DNA of 64,000 nucleotides, taken from assembly GCA_051252375.1 (NCBI GenBank), contig JBPOFY010000004.1, positions 224,001-288,000 of the forward strand, given 5' to 3'. The position numbers were made by a program, and so were the translations under genes. This DNA is from Opitutaceae bacterium. GTDB lineage: Bacteria > Verrucomicrobiota > Verrucomicrobiia > Opitutales > Coraliomargaritaceae. The notes beneath the pieces are model-generated. The model did not search any database and was not told the DNA's origin. It saw only the letters and a program-made list of their open reading frames with translations. Shown here piece by piece: positions 9,673-25,689 of this stretch. Each line of letters begins with the position of its first letter. Within the stretch, counting starts at the first letter, position 1.

Positions 9673-10338
9673 TTAAATAATACGTTCAGGAACCCAGATC
9701 GTATCACCTTCTTGCAAGATAATGTCTTTGACGTTGGGATCCGTCAAAATCCGACTAAAGTTAATTTCCATCTGACGCGCTCGACCAGATTCATCCACAC
9801 GTTTGATCGTAATCGATTTAGGATTACCTAATCGACTGACTCCGTTCACACCAGCAATCGCCTCAGTCAGAGTTAGGTCACGATCCGGTGGAATTTCCAC
9901 GACTCCAGGATTATTTACTGATCCTAAGATACGCACTACTTTCGAAGAAAAGGAAACAACAATAACGGAAACCTGAGGGTCGACTAAGTAGTCACGATTA
10001 TACAGATCAGTTATTAGAGATTGAGCCTCGGCCACAGTCATCCCTGCAATCTTGACCTTACCAATTAGTGCCAGTGAAACAGAACCCTCTCCCTCGACAC
10101 GGACACTTTTATTTAAGTCCGACTCTTTATATACTTCTATACTAATTACATCCGACGGTTTGAGGACATAGTTTTCCCCCACAACCATACCAACGCCACT
10201 GGAAGAGGAGCCATTCCCTGTCGACGCAGATCCGGAATAGGAATCACCAAAGGAACCGCCGCCAGCTTCTTGAGCAGATAAAGATGCACCTAATAAAAGA
10301 AAGCTACAGGCTAAAAAAAGAGTGGAAATGTATTTCAT
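9673..10338 (-). CDS. Polysaccharide export protein (Wza/GumB-like, Poly_export + SLBB)
   Basis: YVLKPSDVI, LIGKVKIAGMT, LGSVNNPG, ILQEGDTIWVPE. Confidence 0.88.
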   Translation of the reverse strand: MKYISTLFLACSFLLLGASLSAQEAGGGSFGDSYSGSASTGNGSSSSGVGMVVGENYVLKPSDVISIEVYKESDLNKSVRVEGEGSVSLALIGKVKIAGMTVAEAQSLITDLYNRDYLVDPQVSVIVVSFSSKVVRILGSVNNPGVVEIPPDRDLTLTEAIAGVNGVSRLGNPKSITIKRVDESGRARQMEINFSRILTDPNVKDIILQEGDTIWVPERII

Positions 10339-10343
10339 AAATT

Positions 10344-10371
10344 AAAAAATGCCTCGGTGAAGAGGCATTTT
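10344..10371 (-). terminator. Terminator-like hairpin between barrel gene and wza-like gene
   Basis: Minus strand: aaaatgcctc-ttcacc-gaggcatttttt. Confidence 0.6.
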
Positions 10372-10400
10372 GACCGCAAAAACGGGGAAAGGTTCAATTA

Positions 10401-11645
10401 TTAATACCGCAAGGATGCTGAAACATCCAAGCTATGGTTCTGGTAACTTCTGTTAGCAGTTGCAGAATCATTTTCAGTATAGTTATAACCAGCGCCAAAA
10501 CGCCAGTGCTGATTCGGCACATAGGAAAGACGAGTACCTAAAGCATACTGATTATCTCCGTTACCACCATCATAATCTCGGCGCGTATACTCAGCATTTG
10601 CATGAGCAGACCACCTCGAGCTAATCGAATAACTAACACTTGTATTTACGCTGGAAATCTCGGTAGTAACGCCTTCACTACCAACGCCAAAGTCACGTGA
10701 AAAGTCCAAGCGAGCAGTCAACTTCGGACTCACCGCCCAAGTAAAATCAGCATCCAAACCAAGCATTCCATTGTCACCACGATTTGTCGAAGGGAGCGGT
10801 GAAAAAGAGGAGCCAAAAAAACGTATTTCACGCATGGAATCATCTGCATCCCTGACACGATAACCGATCTTAAAGAAACCAGTCAATTTGGGAAGCAAAT
10901 TACCTCGAGCGCCAATGTTAAAGAAGTGACTCGCTGTCTTATATTCACTCGTGTAAGTCGAAAAACCTCCACCCGTCACACGATCCGTCTCACCGATGTC
11001 AGATTTTGAATATGTATAACCAAGGCTCAAATCTACCTTAGGTGTCAACTCATAGAATACATCAAACGGCAGTGCAGTTGTGTTACGATCTGCAAATCTA
11101 TCAGTATAGGTGACGTATTCTTGCTCGGTATATCGAACTCCAGCGCCAAAACTGAATTTGGGCGAAACACGGTATTCCGCATTCAATTTTGCTCCAACAG
11201 TTTCAAACTCAATTAAATCCTTAAGAGTATTCACATCGCCTGTAGATGTTTTGCTTTCATCATAACTCAGAGACCCGCTTAAATCCAGTCGGCTGGTTGA
11301 ATATGAGCCCACTGCCTTAATATGAAGCAATTCAGCATCAAGATCATCAAAATCTTGATAGCGAACAATGTCGTAACGAGTAATAATGCTTAAGTCAGCA
11401 TCGGACAAGCCTCGACCGACATTGATCTCGAAACCGGGTGAAATCGTCCAAATGATATCATCCACTTCTTGAATCTCATCGCGAAAGACATTCGACGTCC
11501 AGCGCATACTGGATGAACCACTGAAGAAAACATCCACATTGTCGCCCACTGAAACAAGTGGAGCTGCAGATGTGAATGACGGAGAGAGAAGAGACAATAG
11601 CAGCGCTGTGCTAGTCGCTAGGGAGGTATTTTTTACTATATTCAT
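10401..11645 (-). CDS. Outer-membrane beta-barrel protein (EPS-associated, BBP2-like)
   Basis: Signal peptide, amphipathic beta strands, C-terminal LRY; heads the wza/wzc cluster. Confidence 0.8.
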   Translation of the reverse strand: MNIVKNTSLATSTALLLSLLSPSFTSAAPLVSVGDNVDVFFSGSSSMRWTSNVFRDEIQEVDDIIWTISPGFEINVGRGLSDADLSIITRYDIVRYQDFDDLDAELLHIKAVGSYSTSRLDLSGSLSYDESKTSTGDVNTLKDLIEFETVGAKLNAEYRVSPKFSFGAGVRYTEQEYVTYTDRFADRNTTALPFDVFYELTPKVDLSLGYTYSKSDIGETDRVTGGGFSTYTSEYKTASHFFNIGARGNLLPKLTGFFKIGYRVRDADDSMREIRFFGSSFSPLPSTNRGDNGMLGLDADFTWAVSPKLTARLDFSRDFGVGSEGVTTEISSVNTSVSYSISSRWSAHANAEYTRRDYDGGNGDNQYALGTRLSYVPNQHWRFGAGYNYTENDSATANRSYQNHSLDVSASLRY

Positions 11646-11860
11646 TTAGTCGAGATAGACATCTAAATTGTTGGGAGATATAAATAAGGGAAAGACTCTA
11701 AGTAATTCAATGTTTAAATATGATCAATTAAGTTATATGCATAACTAGATACTGCAATAGTAAATCAACTACAATCCATGGTGGATTTGAGCTTGGCTCA
11801 TATGGAACTTTCCCTCACCTATTGTAACAAAAGCAACCATCTCGATATACACCACCCATA

Positions 11861-13525
11861 ATGAAATCAGCACGCCGGACCCAGAACCCCATTCTTAGAG
11901 AAAAGCCGATCCTGCTTGGATACGCCCTACAAAGAAAGGGAGCCGATGGACGACTCGAAATTGTGATCCGCTGGGGCAGACTAATCGCTTCACTATTCGC
12001 ACTATTTGTAGCCGCATGGCTCCTGACTGCTGGCACACTCTACTTCTACTTCAAGTATAAGAAAGAGTTTGATGAAGTTTCCTTTACTAAAATAATAGCG
12101 CTCCCATTCAGAATGGATGCTCATCGCCAAGAAATGGGCGATTACCACATCAAAAAAGGTCTCGAGGAAGTAAAACAGTCAAATTTTCGGGATGCGTTAC
12201 GATTATTAAGACTAGGCGTGACCCGCTCTCCAGGAAACTTGGAGGGACGACGCGTGCTCGCAGAATTCTATGAGTTTGCACTCAAGCGCCCAGATATCGC
12301 CGCGGATCTAATGAAAAAGGGACTCGATCGAGGCGGCATTGAGGACCTCGACTACCTCAAACAAACACTTCGGGTGCTATTACGCCACCAAATGGACACC
12401 GACGTCCAACAAATCGCCGACAAATACCTCCCAGAGGAGCCTGATCTCACGGACGGCAATCGAACCATTGCCTTTGGAGCGGCCAACGCGAACTACCTAA
12501 GAGGAAATTACGACCGAGCAGATGACTATCTACTCAACTATAAACTTATAGATTCCCTCGAAGGCATACTACTTTCCGCACAAATCAGCTGGGACCGCGG
12601 CAATCAAGTCTCCGCAATTTCTAAAATGGAGCAATCTTTGCGTAAATTCCCCAACTCCGAGGCCCTCCTTATGCAATTAAGCCGCTATCACCGTGAAATG
12701 GGCGATATCGACGAAGCACGCCGCTATGCGATCCTACGCAACGTCACGGATCCACTAAGTGCGGCACCTCGCCTAGAACTACTCTATATCTACAACAAAT
12801 CAGGCGACTTAGAGCGCGAGCAACGCGAAACCTTGCGTATGTTGCAACAATTCCGAGACGATGAGAGCGCACTGCAAAAGCTTGCCAATTTCGCGGCTGA
12901 TACTGGTAATATCGATCTGGCCAGACGTACCTACGAAGAAGCACTTGAAAACGAATTCAGTATTGAAGCCTTTGCTCTACTGCTAATCGAAGCCCACCTA
13001 GTCCATAAGGACTACACTGGCGCTCTAAGCTTTTCGGAAGAGCTGCTAAAAGAACGTCCAGAATGGTTAAGCGCTAGATGGGCCATTTTCAATAGCCTAC
13101 GAGCCGTAGCTTCCTATGGAAGCAATCGCCCAGATCTCGGAGAAATCTATCTTCAAGATTTCATCGATGAAGCCACCAATCAACCACAGACCTTTCTCGC
13201 GGTATCACGTCGTTTCAATAACATTGATCGCCCCCAGCAAGCCCGCAAAATCCTGAGCGTCGCCTATCAACTGACCCCGACGAACCAAATGATACTATCC
13301 GAACTAATCCGAGTAGAACTTGAACTTGGAAACACGGAAAACCTGAACAAATTACTCACCCGATTGCTACAAATGAGACGCCCACAAATGGACCTGCTCA
13401 GCGAAGCCTACACAAAACTGGGCAGCGACCGATTCATCTTCACCCCAGACCGGGAAAGCCTCTTGCTTCAACTAAGCTCGATCCTAAGAGAGAACAGTCA
13501 GAATCTACTAGATCTAGACGCTTAA
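11861..13525 (+). CDS. Membrane-anchored tetratricopeptide-repeat protein
   Basis: One N-terminal TM followed by helical TPR-like repeats; divergent from EPS genes. Confidence 0.7.
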   Translation: MKSARRTQNPILREKPILLGYALQRKGADGRLEIVIRWGRLIASLFALFVAAWLLTAGTLYFYFKYKKEFDEVSFTKIIALPFRMDAHRQEMGDYHIKKGLEEVKQSNFRDALRLLRLGVTRSPGNLEGRRVLAEFYEFALKRPDIAADLMKKGLDRGGIEDLDYLKQTLRVLLRHQMDTDVQQIADKYLPEEPDLTDGNRTIAFGAANANYLRGNYDRADDYLLNYKLIDSLEGILLSAQISWDRGNQVSAISKMEQSLRKFPNSEALLMQLSRYHREMGDIDEARRYAILRNVTDPLSAAPRLELLYIYNKSGDLEREQRETLRMLQQFRDDESALQKLANFAADTGNIDLARRTYEEALENEFSIEAFALLLIEAHLVHKDYTGALSFSEELLKERPEWLSARWAIFNSLRAVASYGSNRPDLGEIYLQDFIDEATNQPQTFLAVSRRFNNIDRPQQARKILSVAYQLTPTNQMILSELIRVELELGNTENLNKLLTRLLQMRRPQMDLLSEAYTKLGSDRFIFTPDRESLLLQLSSILRENSQNLLDLDA

Positions 13526-13551
13526 TTACAAATCTCTGAAGCGAAATTCGC

Positions 13552-14856
13552 CTAAGAATCACTATTTTCGGCTGGGCTCAACACAACTGTCGTTGAGATA
13601 ACTCGCCTGTCGTCGACTTCATCGACAGTAACCTCAAGCCCATAAGCTTTGAATTTTTCTCCGCGAATGGGTATATGCCCGAGTTCACCCGTAATCAGAC
13701 CACCAAAAGTCGAAACTTCATCGTTTTCAATTTCGATACCTAGACGCTCTTCAATGTCGTGGATTAAGGCCAGTCCGGATATCCGATAATGATCCATCTG
13801 TCTTAACTGAAGGATCTGCTCCTCTTCGCTATCAAACTCATCCTGGATTTCGCCCACCAGCTCCTCCAGAATGCTTTCAAGCGTAATCACTCCAACCACC
13901 CCTCCAAATTCATCTACGGCGAGCGCCATGTGGAATTTAGCACGAAGCATACGCTCTAATGCTTCTTCCAGCGGAGTTTCCAGCGGAAAAATCGCAACAT
14001 TACGCTTCAACTTCATGGGGTCGATAGCAGTCACGGCATCACGCTCGCGAAAAATATCTTTGATATGTATGATTCCGAGGCATTCATCCAAATCACCACG
14101 ACACAACGGAAAACGAGTGTGTCCGGCTTGCTTCATGACCTCCAAATTCGCATCAAAGTCCTCTTCGATGTCATAAATAATGACCTGACTGCGAGGCAGC
14201 AGAACGTCGTGCACAACGAGTTCCTTCATCTGAATCGCACGATTCATAATCCGGCGAATCAAAGGCGACAAATTGCTACTATCCTCCCCCATCGCTCGGA
14301 TTTGCACATCCAAGTCCAAAGGATTTAATTCATCATCCACATCAACACCAAGTCGTCGGAACAACATTTTCTTTAACACTCGAAAAAAGAGCATTACAGG
14401 CAAAGTCACCAACTGAAAGACCAACAGCACCCGATAGGATCGCTGAATCGCCTGCACTGGGTTACGCATAGCCAAGCCCCGAGGGAAAATCTCCGCGAAA
14501 AAGAAATGCACTGACACCGCACTAACAAAAGACAGCAGCACCACGACCCAACGATCTGGCGCATTCTCTAATACAAATAGCCCGAAAAAGTCACTGACCA
14601 GCGGCAGAAGCAACAGACCAACCGCAACTGTGCATAGAGTCTTACTAAAACGCACCACCCGCCCGGTTTGGTCCCCCTGCTCCATCAATCGTGCTAGTCC
14701 CGGGCGCTGCTTCAGCTCAGACAATTCTCCATCGCTCACGCCGCCGTAGCGGAACTTCACCAAGCTAATCTCACATATCACCAGATAGGCATGCAGTATC
14801 AACATCAGCACCACTGCCCCTAAAGACAGAACAAACTGTGACCATTCCGCGCTCAT
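13552..14856 (-). CDS. CNNM/CBS/CorC (hemolysin-family) membrane protein
   Basis: AEIFPR, GHTRFPL, VDEFGGVVGVITLESILEELVGEIQDEFD. Confidence 0.9.
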   Translation of the reverse strand: MSAEWSQFVLSLGAVVLMLILHAYLVICEISLVKFRYGGVSDGELSELKQRPGLARLMEQGDQTGRVVRFSKTLCTVAVGLLLLPLVSDFFGLFVLENAPDRWVVVLLSFVSAVSVHFFFAEIFPRGLAMRNPVQAIQRSYRVLLVFQLVTLPVMLFFRVLKKMLFRRLGVDVDDELNPLDLDVQIRAMGEDSSNLSPLIRRIMNRAIQMKELVVHDVLLPRSQVIIYDIEEDFDANLEVMKQAGHTRFPLCRGDLDECLGIIHIKDIFRERDAVTAIDPMKLKRNVAIFPLETPLEEALERMLRAKFHMALAVDEFGGVVGVITLESILEELVGEIQDEFDSEEEQILQLRQMDHYRISGLALIHDIEERLGIEIENDEVSTFGGLITGELGHIPIRGEKFKAYGLEVTVDEVDDRRVISTTVVLSPAENSDS

Positions 14857-15968
14857 CGGGCATCGGCAATGACGCCGTTCTCCACAAGTTCACCAAGCAT
14901 CGCCAACAATTTCGCATTCTCAGCTAGTGTGCCGATCGTAATACGAATATATTCTGGCATCCCATAAGGCGCCAACGGGCGGATTATAATCCCACGTTGT
15001 TGTAGTTGCTCAAAAATCATTTTACCGTTTCCAACGCGAGACAGCACAAAGTTTGCCTGTCCACCATGCGTCTCAAATCCCATGGCAGAGAGACCTTCGC
15101 ACAAAAGCTGGCGACCTGCCTCATTTTCTACCTTACATTTCTCAAGAAACTGGAGATCGCCCAATGCTGCTGTTGCAGCCGCCTGCGCCACCGAATTCAC
15201 GTTAAAAGGCTGACGCACACGTTGCAGTAATTGAATCAACTCAGGGTCCCCGTAAGCATAGCCAACACGCAGCCCACCTAAACCGTAAATCTTCGAAAAC
15301 GTGCGCATACAAACGACCTTACGCCCCGCCGAAATCGCAGCGCGCAAATCAGGCGCTTGCTCTAAATACTCCGCATAAGCCTCATCGAGGCAGAAAATAA
15401 CATGCTCCGGCAACTGCTCCGCCAAACGGATCAAGTCGCTCTCGGCATTCGCCATACCAGTCGGGTTATTCGGGCTAGCCACAAACAGCAGTCGCGTGCG
15501 CTCAGTGACAGCCGCCAACATCGCATCCACATCATGGCAAAACCCCGGCATCGGCACTTCCACTGGAGTCGCACCAAACAACTTGGCTACCAACTTGTAT
15601 ACGATAAAAGCCTGCGACCCCATCACGACCTCGTCGCCAGGTCTTAAAAAAGCGTGCCCTAGAAGCTCAATGATCTCATTCGAGCCGTTGCCAACAAGAA
15701 CCGCTTCTGGTGAGACTCCGCGAACCTCCGCGATCTTCTCACGCAAGTCATAGCATCCACCATCTGGATACAGATGAATTGACCGAATGGCACGTTCTGC
15801 CGCAGCCATGCCCAAAGGTGAAGCCCCGAAAGGATTCTCATTGGATGCAAGCTTCGCAATTTTTAGTGGGTCCAGCCCAAATTCCCGAGCCACAGACTCG
15901 ATAGGTTTACCCGGCTCGTAGACTGGTTGCTCTAAGACTCCGGAGTTCGCAAGTTCAGCGTATTTCAT
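14853..15968 (-). CDS. hisC: Histidinol-phosphate aminotransferase
   Basis: YEPGKP, KLASNENP, NNPTG, DEAY, RTFSKIYGLGGLRVGY. Confidence 0.95.
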   Translation of the reverse strand: MKYAELANSGVLEQPVYEPGKPIESVAREFGLDPLKIAKLASNENPFGASPLGMAAAERAIRSIHLYPDGGCYDLREKIAEVRGVSPEAVLVGNGSNEIIELLGHAFLRPGDEVVMGSQAFIVYKLVAKLFGATPVEVPMPGFCHDVDAMLAAVTERTRLLFVASPNNPTGMANAESDLIRLAEQLPEHVIFCLDEAYAEYLEQAPDLRAAISAGRKVVCMRTFSKIYGLGGLRVGYAYGDPELIQLLQRVRQPFNVNSVAQAAATAALGDLQFLEKCKVENEAGRQLLCEGLSAMGFETHGGQANFVLSRVGNGKMIFEQLQQRGIIIRPLAPYGMPEYIRITIGTLAENAKLLAMLGELVENGVIADAR

Positions 15969-16032
15969 TGATTATTAGGCTTTGAACTTGCGTCGAGTTA
16001 GACCGATTGCAACAAAAACCAACCCTCAAATT

Positions 16033-16938
16033 ATGAAGATTCTACTTACAGGTGCCACTGGCCTACTCGGAAATGCCTACGCTGAAGCTGCAATACGCCG
16101 CGGACACAAAGTCATCGCCCTTCACCATAGTCAGACGCCACGCGTCAATGGCCTCCACAAAGCCATCCAATTCGACGGTAGCCAAACCGAGAATTTAACC
16201 CAGCTGTGCTTAGAACACTGGCCCGATACAATCGTCAATTGCGCAGCGATTTCCTCACCTGACGCCGTAGATGCAGACCCTAAGCTGGCCGAGAAGGTCA
16301 ACGTCGCACTACCTCGCCTTCTCGCGCAAATCTCCACACATATCGGCGCACGCTTGCTCCACGTTTCAACCGACATGGTTTTTGATGGTCATAGTGATGA
16401 AGCCTACCGCTCCACCGACATGCCCTTTCCGACCGGACTATACGGACAGACCAAGCTCATGGCAGAACGCGAAGTTCTAGAGCACAACCCCGAAGACCCT
16501 GTCGTGCTGCGAATTCCTATCCTTATGGGCAACAGCCCGAGCGGTCAACGAAGCGTGCACGAAAAGCTACTCGCCGCCATCAATGCAGGTGAGCGACCAA
16601 AACTTTTCTGCGACGAGATTCGTCAACCCTGCTCCGCCTCCAACGTCGCTGAAGTCCTCCTAGAACTCACCGAACGCCGCGACCTCCATGGCATTTTCCA
16701 CTGGGCAGGCGCCGAAACACTCAGCCGTTTTGAGATGGGGCAGCGCATACTGCGCCACTTCGGACTCCCACTCGATTCAGTGCAATCCGTCAGCAAAAGC
16801 GACGATCCGGACTTTGCCAATCGCCCATCGAACCTGACATTTAACCTACACCCAATCGTCAGCAAACTGAAGACCAAGCCCGCCACCTTCGAAGAGCAGC
16901 TAGAAGAACTCACCGAGATCAGACCGCTCAACGCTTAA
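16033..16938 (+). CDS. RmlD-like (dTDP-4-dehydrorhamnose reductase family) SDR
   Basis: TGATGLLG, NCAA, STDMVFDG, YGQTK. Confidence 0.85.
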   Translation: MKILLTGATGLLGNAYAEAAIRRGHKVIALHHSQTPRVNGLHKAIQFDGSQTENLTQLCLEHWPDTIVNCAAISSPDAVDADPKLAEKVNVALPRLLAQISTHIGARLLHVSTDMVFDGHSDEAYRSTDMPFPTGLYGQTKLMAEREVLEHNPEDPVVLRIPILMGNSPSGQRSVHEKLLAAINAGERPKLFCDEIRQPCSASNVAEVLLELTERRDLHGIFHWAGAETLSRFEMGQRILRHFGLPLDSVQSVSKSDDPDFANRPSNLTFNLHPIVSKLKTKPATFEEQLEELTEIRPLNA

Positions 16939-16945
16939 GCTTACA

Positions 16946-17659
16946 ATGCTCATCACGCTGCCCAATGCCTTCGGCGACGCCGCCACCAATATGGCGATTG
17001 ATGCGGCCCTGCTGACTACCTTGCCTAAAGGCATTGCCGTCCTGCGCCACTACGGCTGGACAGAGCCGGCCATCACTTTCGGCTACACCCAACGATTCGC
17101 CGAAGTCCAAGCTGGCTACTCCGAAGATCTCACACTCTGCAGGCGCTTAACCGGTGGCGGCATCGTCGACCATCGCAACGACTGGACCTACGCGCTCACT
17201 CTGCAGACAGAACTCCCCGCAGCACACATCCCAGCCAACGACTTCTACGCGTCCACACATCAGGCGATCCAAAACGCCCTAGCCGAGCACTTAGTTCAAA
17301 GCCAGCTCGCACCCTGCCCTAAAAAATGCGGCGAACCCACAGCAAGCACTACATCTGCCTCACAGTGCTTCGTCACCCCCGCCGCCAACGACGTGCTACT
17401 GCCAAATGGACAAAAAATCGCCGGTGCCGCGATGAAACGTAGCCGCGATGGGCTACTCGTCCAAGGCTCCATCGACCGCGCGACCTTACCCGCCGACTTC
17501 AACTTCGAAACATTTCAAGCTGCACTATCCAATCAACTTTCAGCCGCATTCGACATCTCAGTAGGGCACAGCGAAGATCTCCGCGGGCTCTTCGACAGCG
17601 CGCTTATACAAACTAAACGAGAGCTCTTTTCTAGCGAGGCATGGACCAATAAACGGTAG
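16946..17659 (+). CDS. Lipoate-protein ligase A / octanoyltransferase family
   Basis: NMAIDAALL, RRLTGGGIVDH, KIAGAA. Confidence 0.85.
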   Translation: MLITLPNAFGDAATNMAIDAALLTTLPKGIAVLRHYGWTEPAITFGYTQRFAEVQAGYSEDLTLCRRLTGGGIVDHRNDWTYALTLQTELPAAHIPANDFYASTHQAIQNALAEHLVQSQLAPCPKKCGEPTASTTSASQCFVTPAANDVLLPNGQKIAGAAMKRSRDGLLVQGSIDRATLPADFNFETFQAALSNQLSAAFDISVGHSEDLRGLFDSALIQTKRELFSSEAWTNKR

Positions 17660-17722
17660 CAGCCCAATTGTGAATAGCTTCTGCTTGCTTTGCTCTAGAC
17701 CAGCAACACTCTAGGCATTCCG

Positions 17723-21454
<3,732 letters not shown>

Positions 21455-21480
21455 CAGAGAACCATCGAGGCTACAGACGA

Positions 21481-22848
<1,368 letters not shown>

Positions 22849-22983
22849 TTATATGTTATTCGTTGAAATTGTTTTTGTGTATTAACTAAAGGCTAAACCA
22901 GCACGTCGATGCAGGTCTGCCACAATATCTGATTTGATGTTGGTCATTCCTGACCAAGCTTCAACCCCCAACTAGTGGTTCGC

Positions 22984-23577
22984 CTAGACAGGCTTACTTT
23001 CGATCACCTTATCAACGATCCCATACTCGAGCGCATCTTGAGCAGTGAGATAGAAATCACGGTCCGTATCGGATGCGATCTCTTCAGCGGTCTTATTCGT
23101 GTGACGTGCCATGAGCTGATTCATCTGCTCGCGCCAGCGAAGGATTTCTTTCGCGGCGATGGAAATGTCGGATGTCTGACCAGTGGCTCCGCCCGTAGGC
23201 TGATGCATCATGACGCGGCTATTAGGGAGCGCATAACGCTTACCCTTGGTGCCGGAAGCGAGCAACAATGTTGCCATACTGGCGGCTTGGCCGACACAAT
23301 ATGTGACCACATCGCACTGCAGGAAGTTCATCGTATCGTAGATCGCCATGCCATCGGTGACACTGCCACCGGGGGAGTTGATGTAGAGACTGATGTCTTT
23401 CTTAGGATCTTCCATTTGCAGGAAGAGCATTTGAGCGATGACGGCGTTGGCGACAAAGTCGTTAATCGGCGTGCCGATAAAGATAATACGGTCGCGCAAT
23501 AGGCGACTGTAGATATCCCAGGCGCGCTCAGTGCGGCCTTCGCGCTCGTAGACAGTAGGAAGTGGAACGTAGCTCAC
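22984..23577 (-). CDS. clpP: Clp protease proteolytic subunit
   Basis: [23 protein letters not shown]. Confidence 0.97.
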   Translation of the reverse strand: MSYVPLPTVYEREGRTERAWDIYSRLLRDRIIFIGTPINDFVANAVIAQMLFLQMEDPKKDISLYINSPGGSVTDGMAIYDTMNFLQCDVVTYCVGQAASMATLLLASGTKGKRYALPNSRVMMHQPTGGATGQTSDISIAAKEILRWREQMNQLMARHTNKTAEEIASDTDRDFYLTAQDALEYGIVDKVIESKPV

Positions 23578-23612
23578 GGTATAGTTTGTATGTTTAGCGT
23601 TGAATTAAACTA

Positions 23613-23632
23613 CGCACGGTATCGACCGTGCG
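23613..23632 (-). terminator. Stem-loop downstream of tig
   Basis: cgcacggt-atcg-accgtgcg with weak T-rich tail on minus strand. Confidence 0.45.
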
Positions 23633-23662
23633 CAGTTAATCAAATGCTTTTACCAAATTCGG

Positions 23663-24991
23663 TTAAGCAGACGCTTCAACGGTCTCACGCTCGGCCTTCT
23701 CGATGATGAGATCCATCGTTTTGCCAAGAATGATGTCGCCGCGCATACGGTCGATGCGGCTACGATCCTTTTGGATTTCTTTAACGAGCTTGTCAGGCTT
23801 TTGACCGGACTGTTGCGCTTCCATCATGATCATACGGCTAAAATCGTCGTTCTCGGCTTTGATCTTTTCCTTCTCGGCGATCTTGCTGAGGATAAGGCGA
23901 GACTTCAAGCGGTCGCGAGCGGCGGCGCTAGCACCTTCGTGAAGCTGCGCCTTATGTTTCTCAAACTCTTCAGCAGAGACACCTTGCTGCATGTTGCGCT
24001 GCATGAAATCACGCAGAACAGCTTCGGTTTCGCTCTCGATACCGCTTTCAGGGATCGCAAAGTCGACACTATCGAGAAGTAGCTTAGTAACTTGCTCACG
24101 CTCAGCACCGGCATTCTTTTGCTTCTTCTGATTTTCGATGTTTTCGCGGATACGCTCACGTAGCTCGGCTTCGTCTTTAACTTGAACGCTCTTGAAGAAT
24201 TCTTCGTTCATCTCAGGCATGACCTTTTCGCGAACTTCTTCAGCTTTCAGAGAATACACAGCTGTCTTACCAGCAAGGGCTTCTGGTTTAAAGTCTTCTG
24301 GGAATTCCATTGTGACTTCCTTTTCGTCGCCCGCCTTCATGCCTACGAGGCCTTCGACAACAGCACTTACGCCAGGAGTCTCTTCAGCGCCGGCTTCCTC
24401 CCAAGTCACCTTCTGAGTGCCATACATTGGCGAATCAGGAACGAGGTCAGCGACCAATTCGTCACCGATCTTACCTTCGTAGCTGCAACGGACATAGTCG
24501 CCCTTATCGGCAGCCTTTTCAGCAACGTTAAACTCTGCGCGCTGACTGAGGATTTGCTCGATCATCTTATCGATTTCTTCGTCAGACGCTTCAGTCGGCT
24601 CGTTGGTAACCTTCAAGCCAGTATATTCAGGAGCTTCGAATTCGGGCACGATATCTACAGTGAATGTGATTTCTGCATCCTTATCGGCTGCGATTTCACC
24701 TTCGGCGAGATCGACGATATTGAAAATATTCACATCTGACTTAGCCACACCTTCTTCGTGTGCTTTGGAAATCACGCGTTGCTTGAGCTCTTGCTTCAGA
24801 TCTTTTGCATAGCGAGTGCGCACCATAGCTTCAGGAGCCTTACCCGGGCGGAAGCCAGGAATCTTGGCATTACGCTGGAAGTCCTTAATCAAGGCGGCTT
24901 CTTGCGCAGCGACTTCCTGGGAAGTCAGGCTGACTGTGATTGTCTTGCGGGTTTCGTTGATGTCTTTGACGTCGGTTTTCACGTTGCTCAT
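23663..24991 (-). CDS. tig: Trigger factor
   Basis: IPGFRPGKAP motif, FKBP domain, tig-clpP-clpX order. Confidence 0.97.
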   Translation of the reverse strand: MSNVKTDVKDINETRKTITVSLTSQEVAAQEAALIKDFQRNAKIPGFRPGKAPEAMVRTRYAKDLKQELKQRVISKAHEEGVAKSDVNIFNIVDLAEGEIAADKDAEITFTVDIVPEFEAPEYTGLKVTNEPTEASDEEIDKMIEQILSQRAEFNVAEKAADKGDYVRCSYEGKIGDELVADLVPDSPMYGTQKVTWEEAGAEETPGVSAVVEGLVGMKAGDEKEVTMEFPEDFKPEALAGKTAVYSLKAEEVREKVMPEMNEEFFKSVQVKDEAELRERIRENIENQKKQKNAGAEREQVTKLLLDSVDFAIPESGIESETEAVLRDFMQRNMQQGVSAEEFEKHKAQLHEGASAAARDRLKSRLILSKIAEKEKIKAENDDFSRMIMMEAQQSGQKPDKLVKEIQKDRSRIDRMRGDIILGKTMDLIIEKAERETVEASA

Positions 24992-25113
24992 AAAAAATGT
25001 TGATTGGATAATGCCTTAAGTGGCGGGATTTGAAAAAGCGGGCTAATAAAGGGGAAAGGGTTTTTTCGGTCAATGCCTATGTTGCATATCCGAGACGGAA
25101 AGGAAAAAGCAAG

Positions 25114-25689
25114 CTATTCGCCGGGTTGACGGGCTTTAAAGCGGATAAAATCGGGTTCAACCACCTTAAACAGGTGCGCCCAAGGCTGAACGGCCACCAT
25201 CGTATCGGGCACAGCACTGATTCCAGTGTGCAAAACGCCAATAATAACACGATTCTCCTTCCGGCTAAACATACGCAAACGCAGCCCAAGTTCGTCCAAC
25301 ATCGGCTTCACCGCGGTCGCATCCACACCTTCGGCTAGCTCTAAAGTCACTTGATCGGCCGCCATGTAAGTGAACTCACCACTTTCTAGGTCCTGAACAA
25401 CACGAACATACGGGTAACTCTTTTCAAAAGTCAGCGACCAGACCTTTTCCTTTGGCGCTTCGGCATTGGGTAAAAATCCAAAATCGATGACCAAGCCTGC
25501 CCGGATGGAATCTGGCACCTCAACTGGTAGCGACTCGGCTCCGGCATCGACCATCTTTTGATTATGCTCCAGCCATGGGTCCACCTGTGCTTCTTCCTTA
25601 GCCGCGCGGCGCGACATAATCACGGAGACCAACAGCATCCCGAGGATAAAACCTCCAAAGTAAACAAGTACTCGGTCCATTTTTTTCAT
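25114..25689 (-). CDS. Membrane-anchored hypothetical protein
   Basis: N-terminal TM; 4-nt overlap with upstream ORF; C-terminal part resembles an S8 prodomain. Confidence 0.65.
   Translation of the reverse strand: MKKMDRVLVYFGGFILGMLLVSVIMSRRAAKEEAQVDPWLEHNQKMVDAGAESLPVEVPDSIRAGLVIDFGFLPNAEAPKEKVWSLTFEKSYPYVRVVQDLESGEFTYMAADQVTLELAEGVDATAVKPMLDELGLRLRMFSRKENRVIIGVLHTGISAVPDTMVAVQPWAHLFKVVEPDFIRFKARQPGE

Noticed and set aside
13552..14856. Hemolysin toxin
   Set aside because: CNNM-CBS-CorC architecture is a cation-homeostasis family, not a cytolysin
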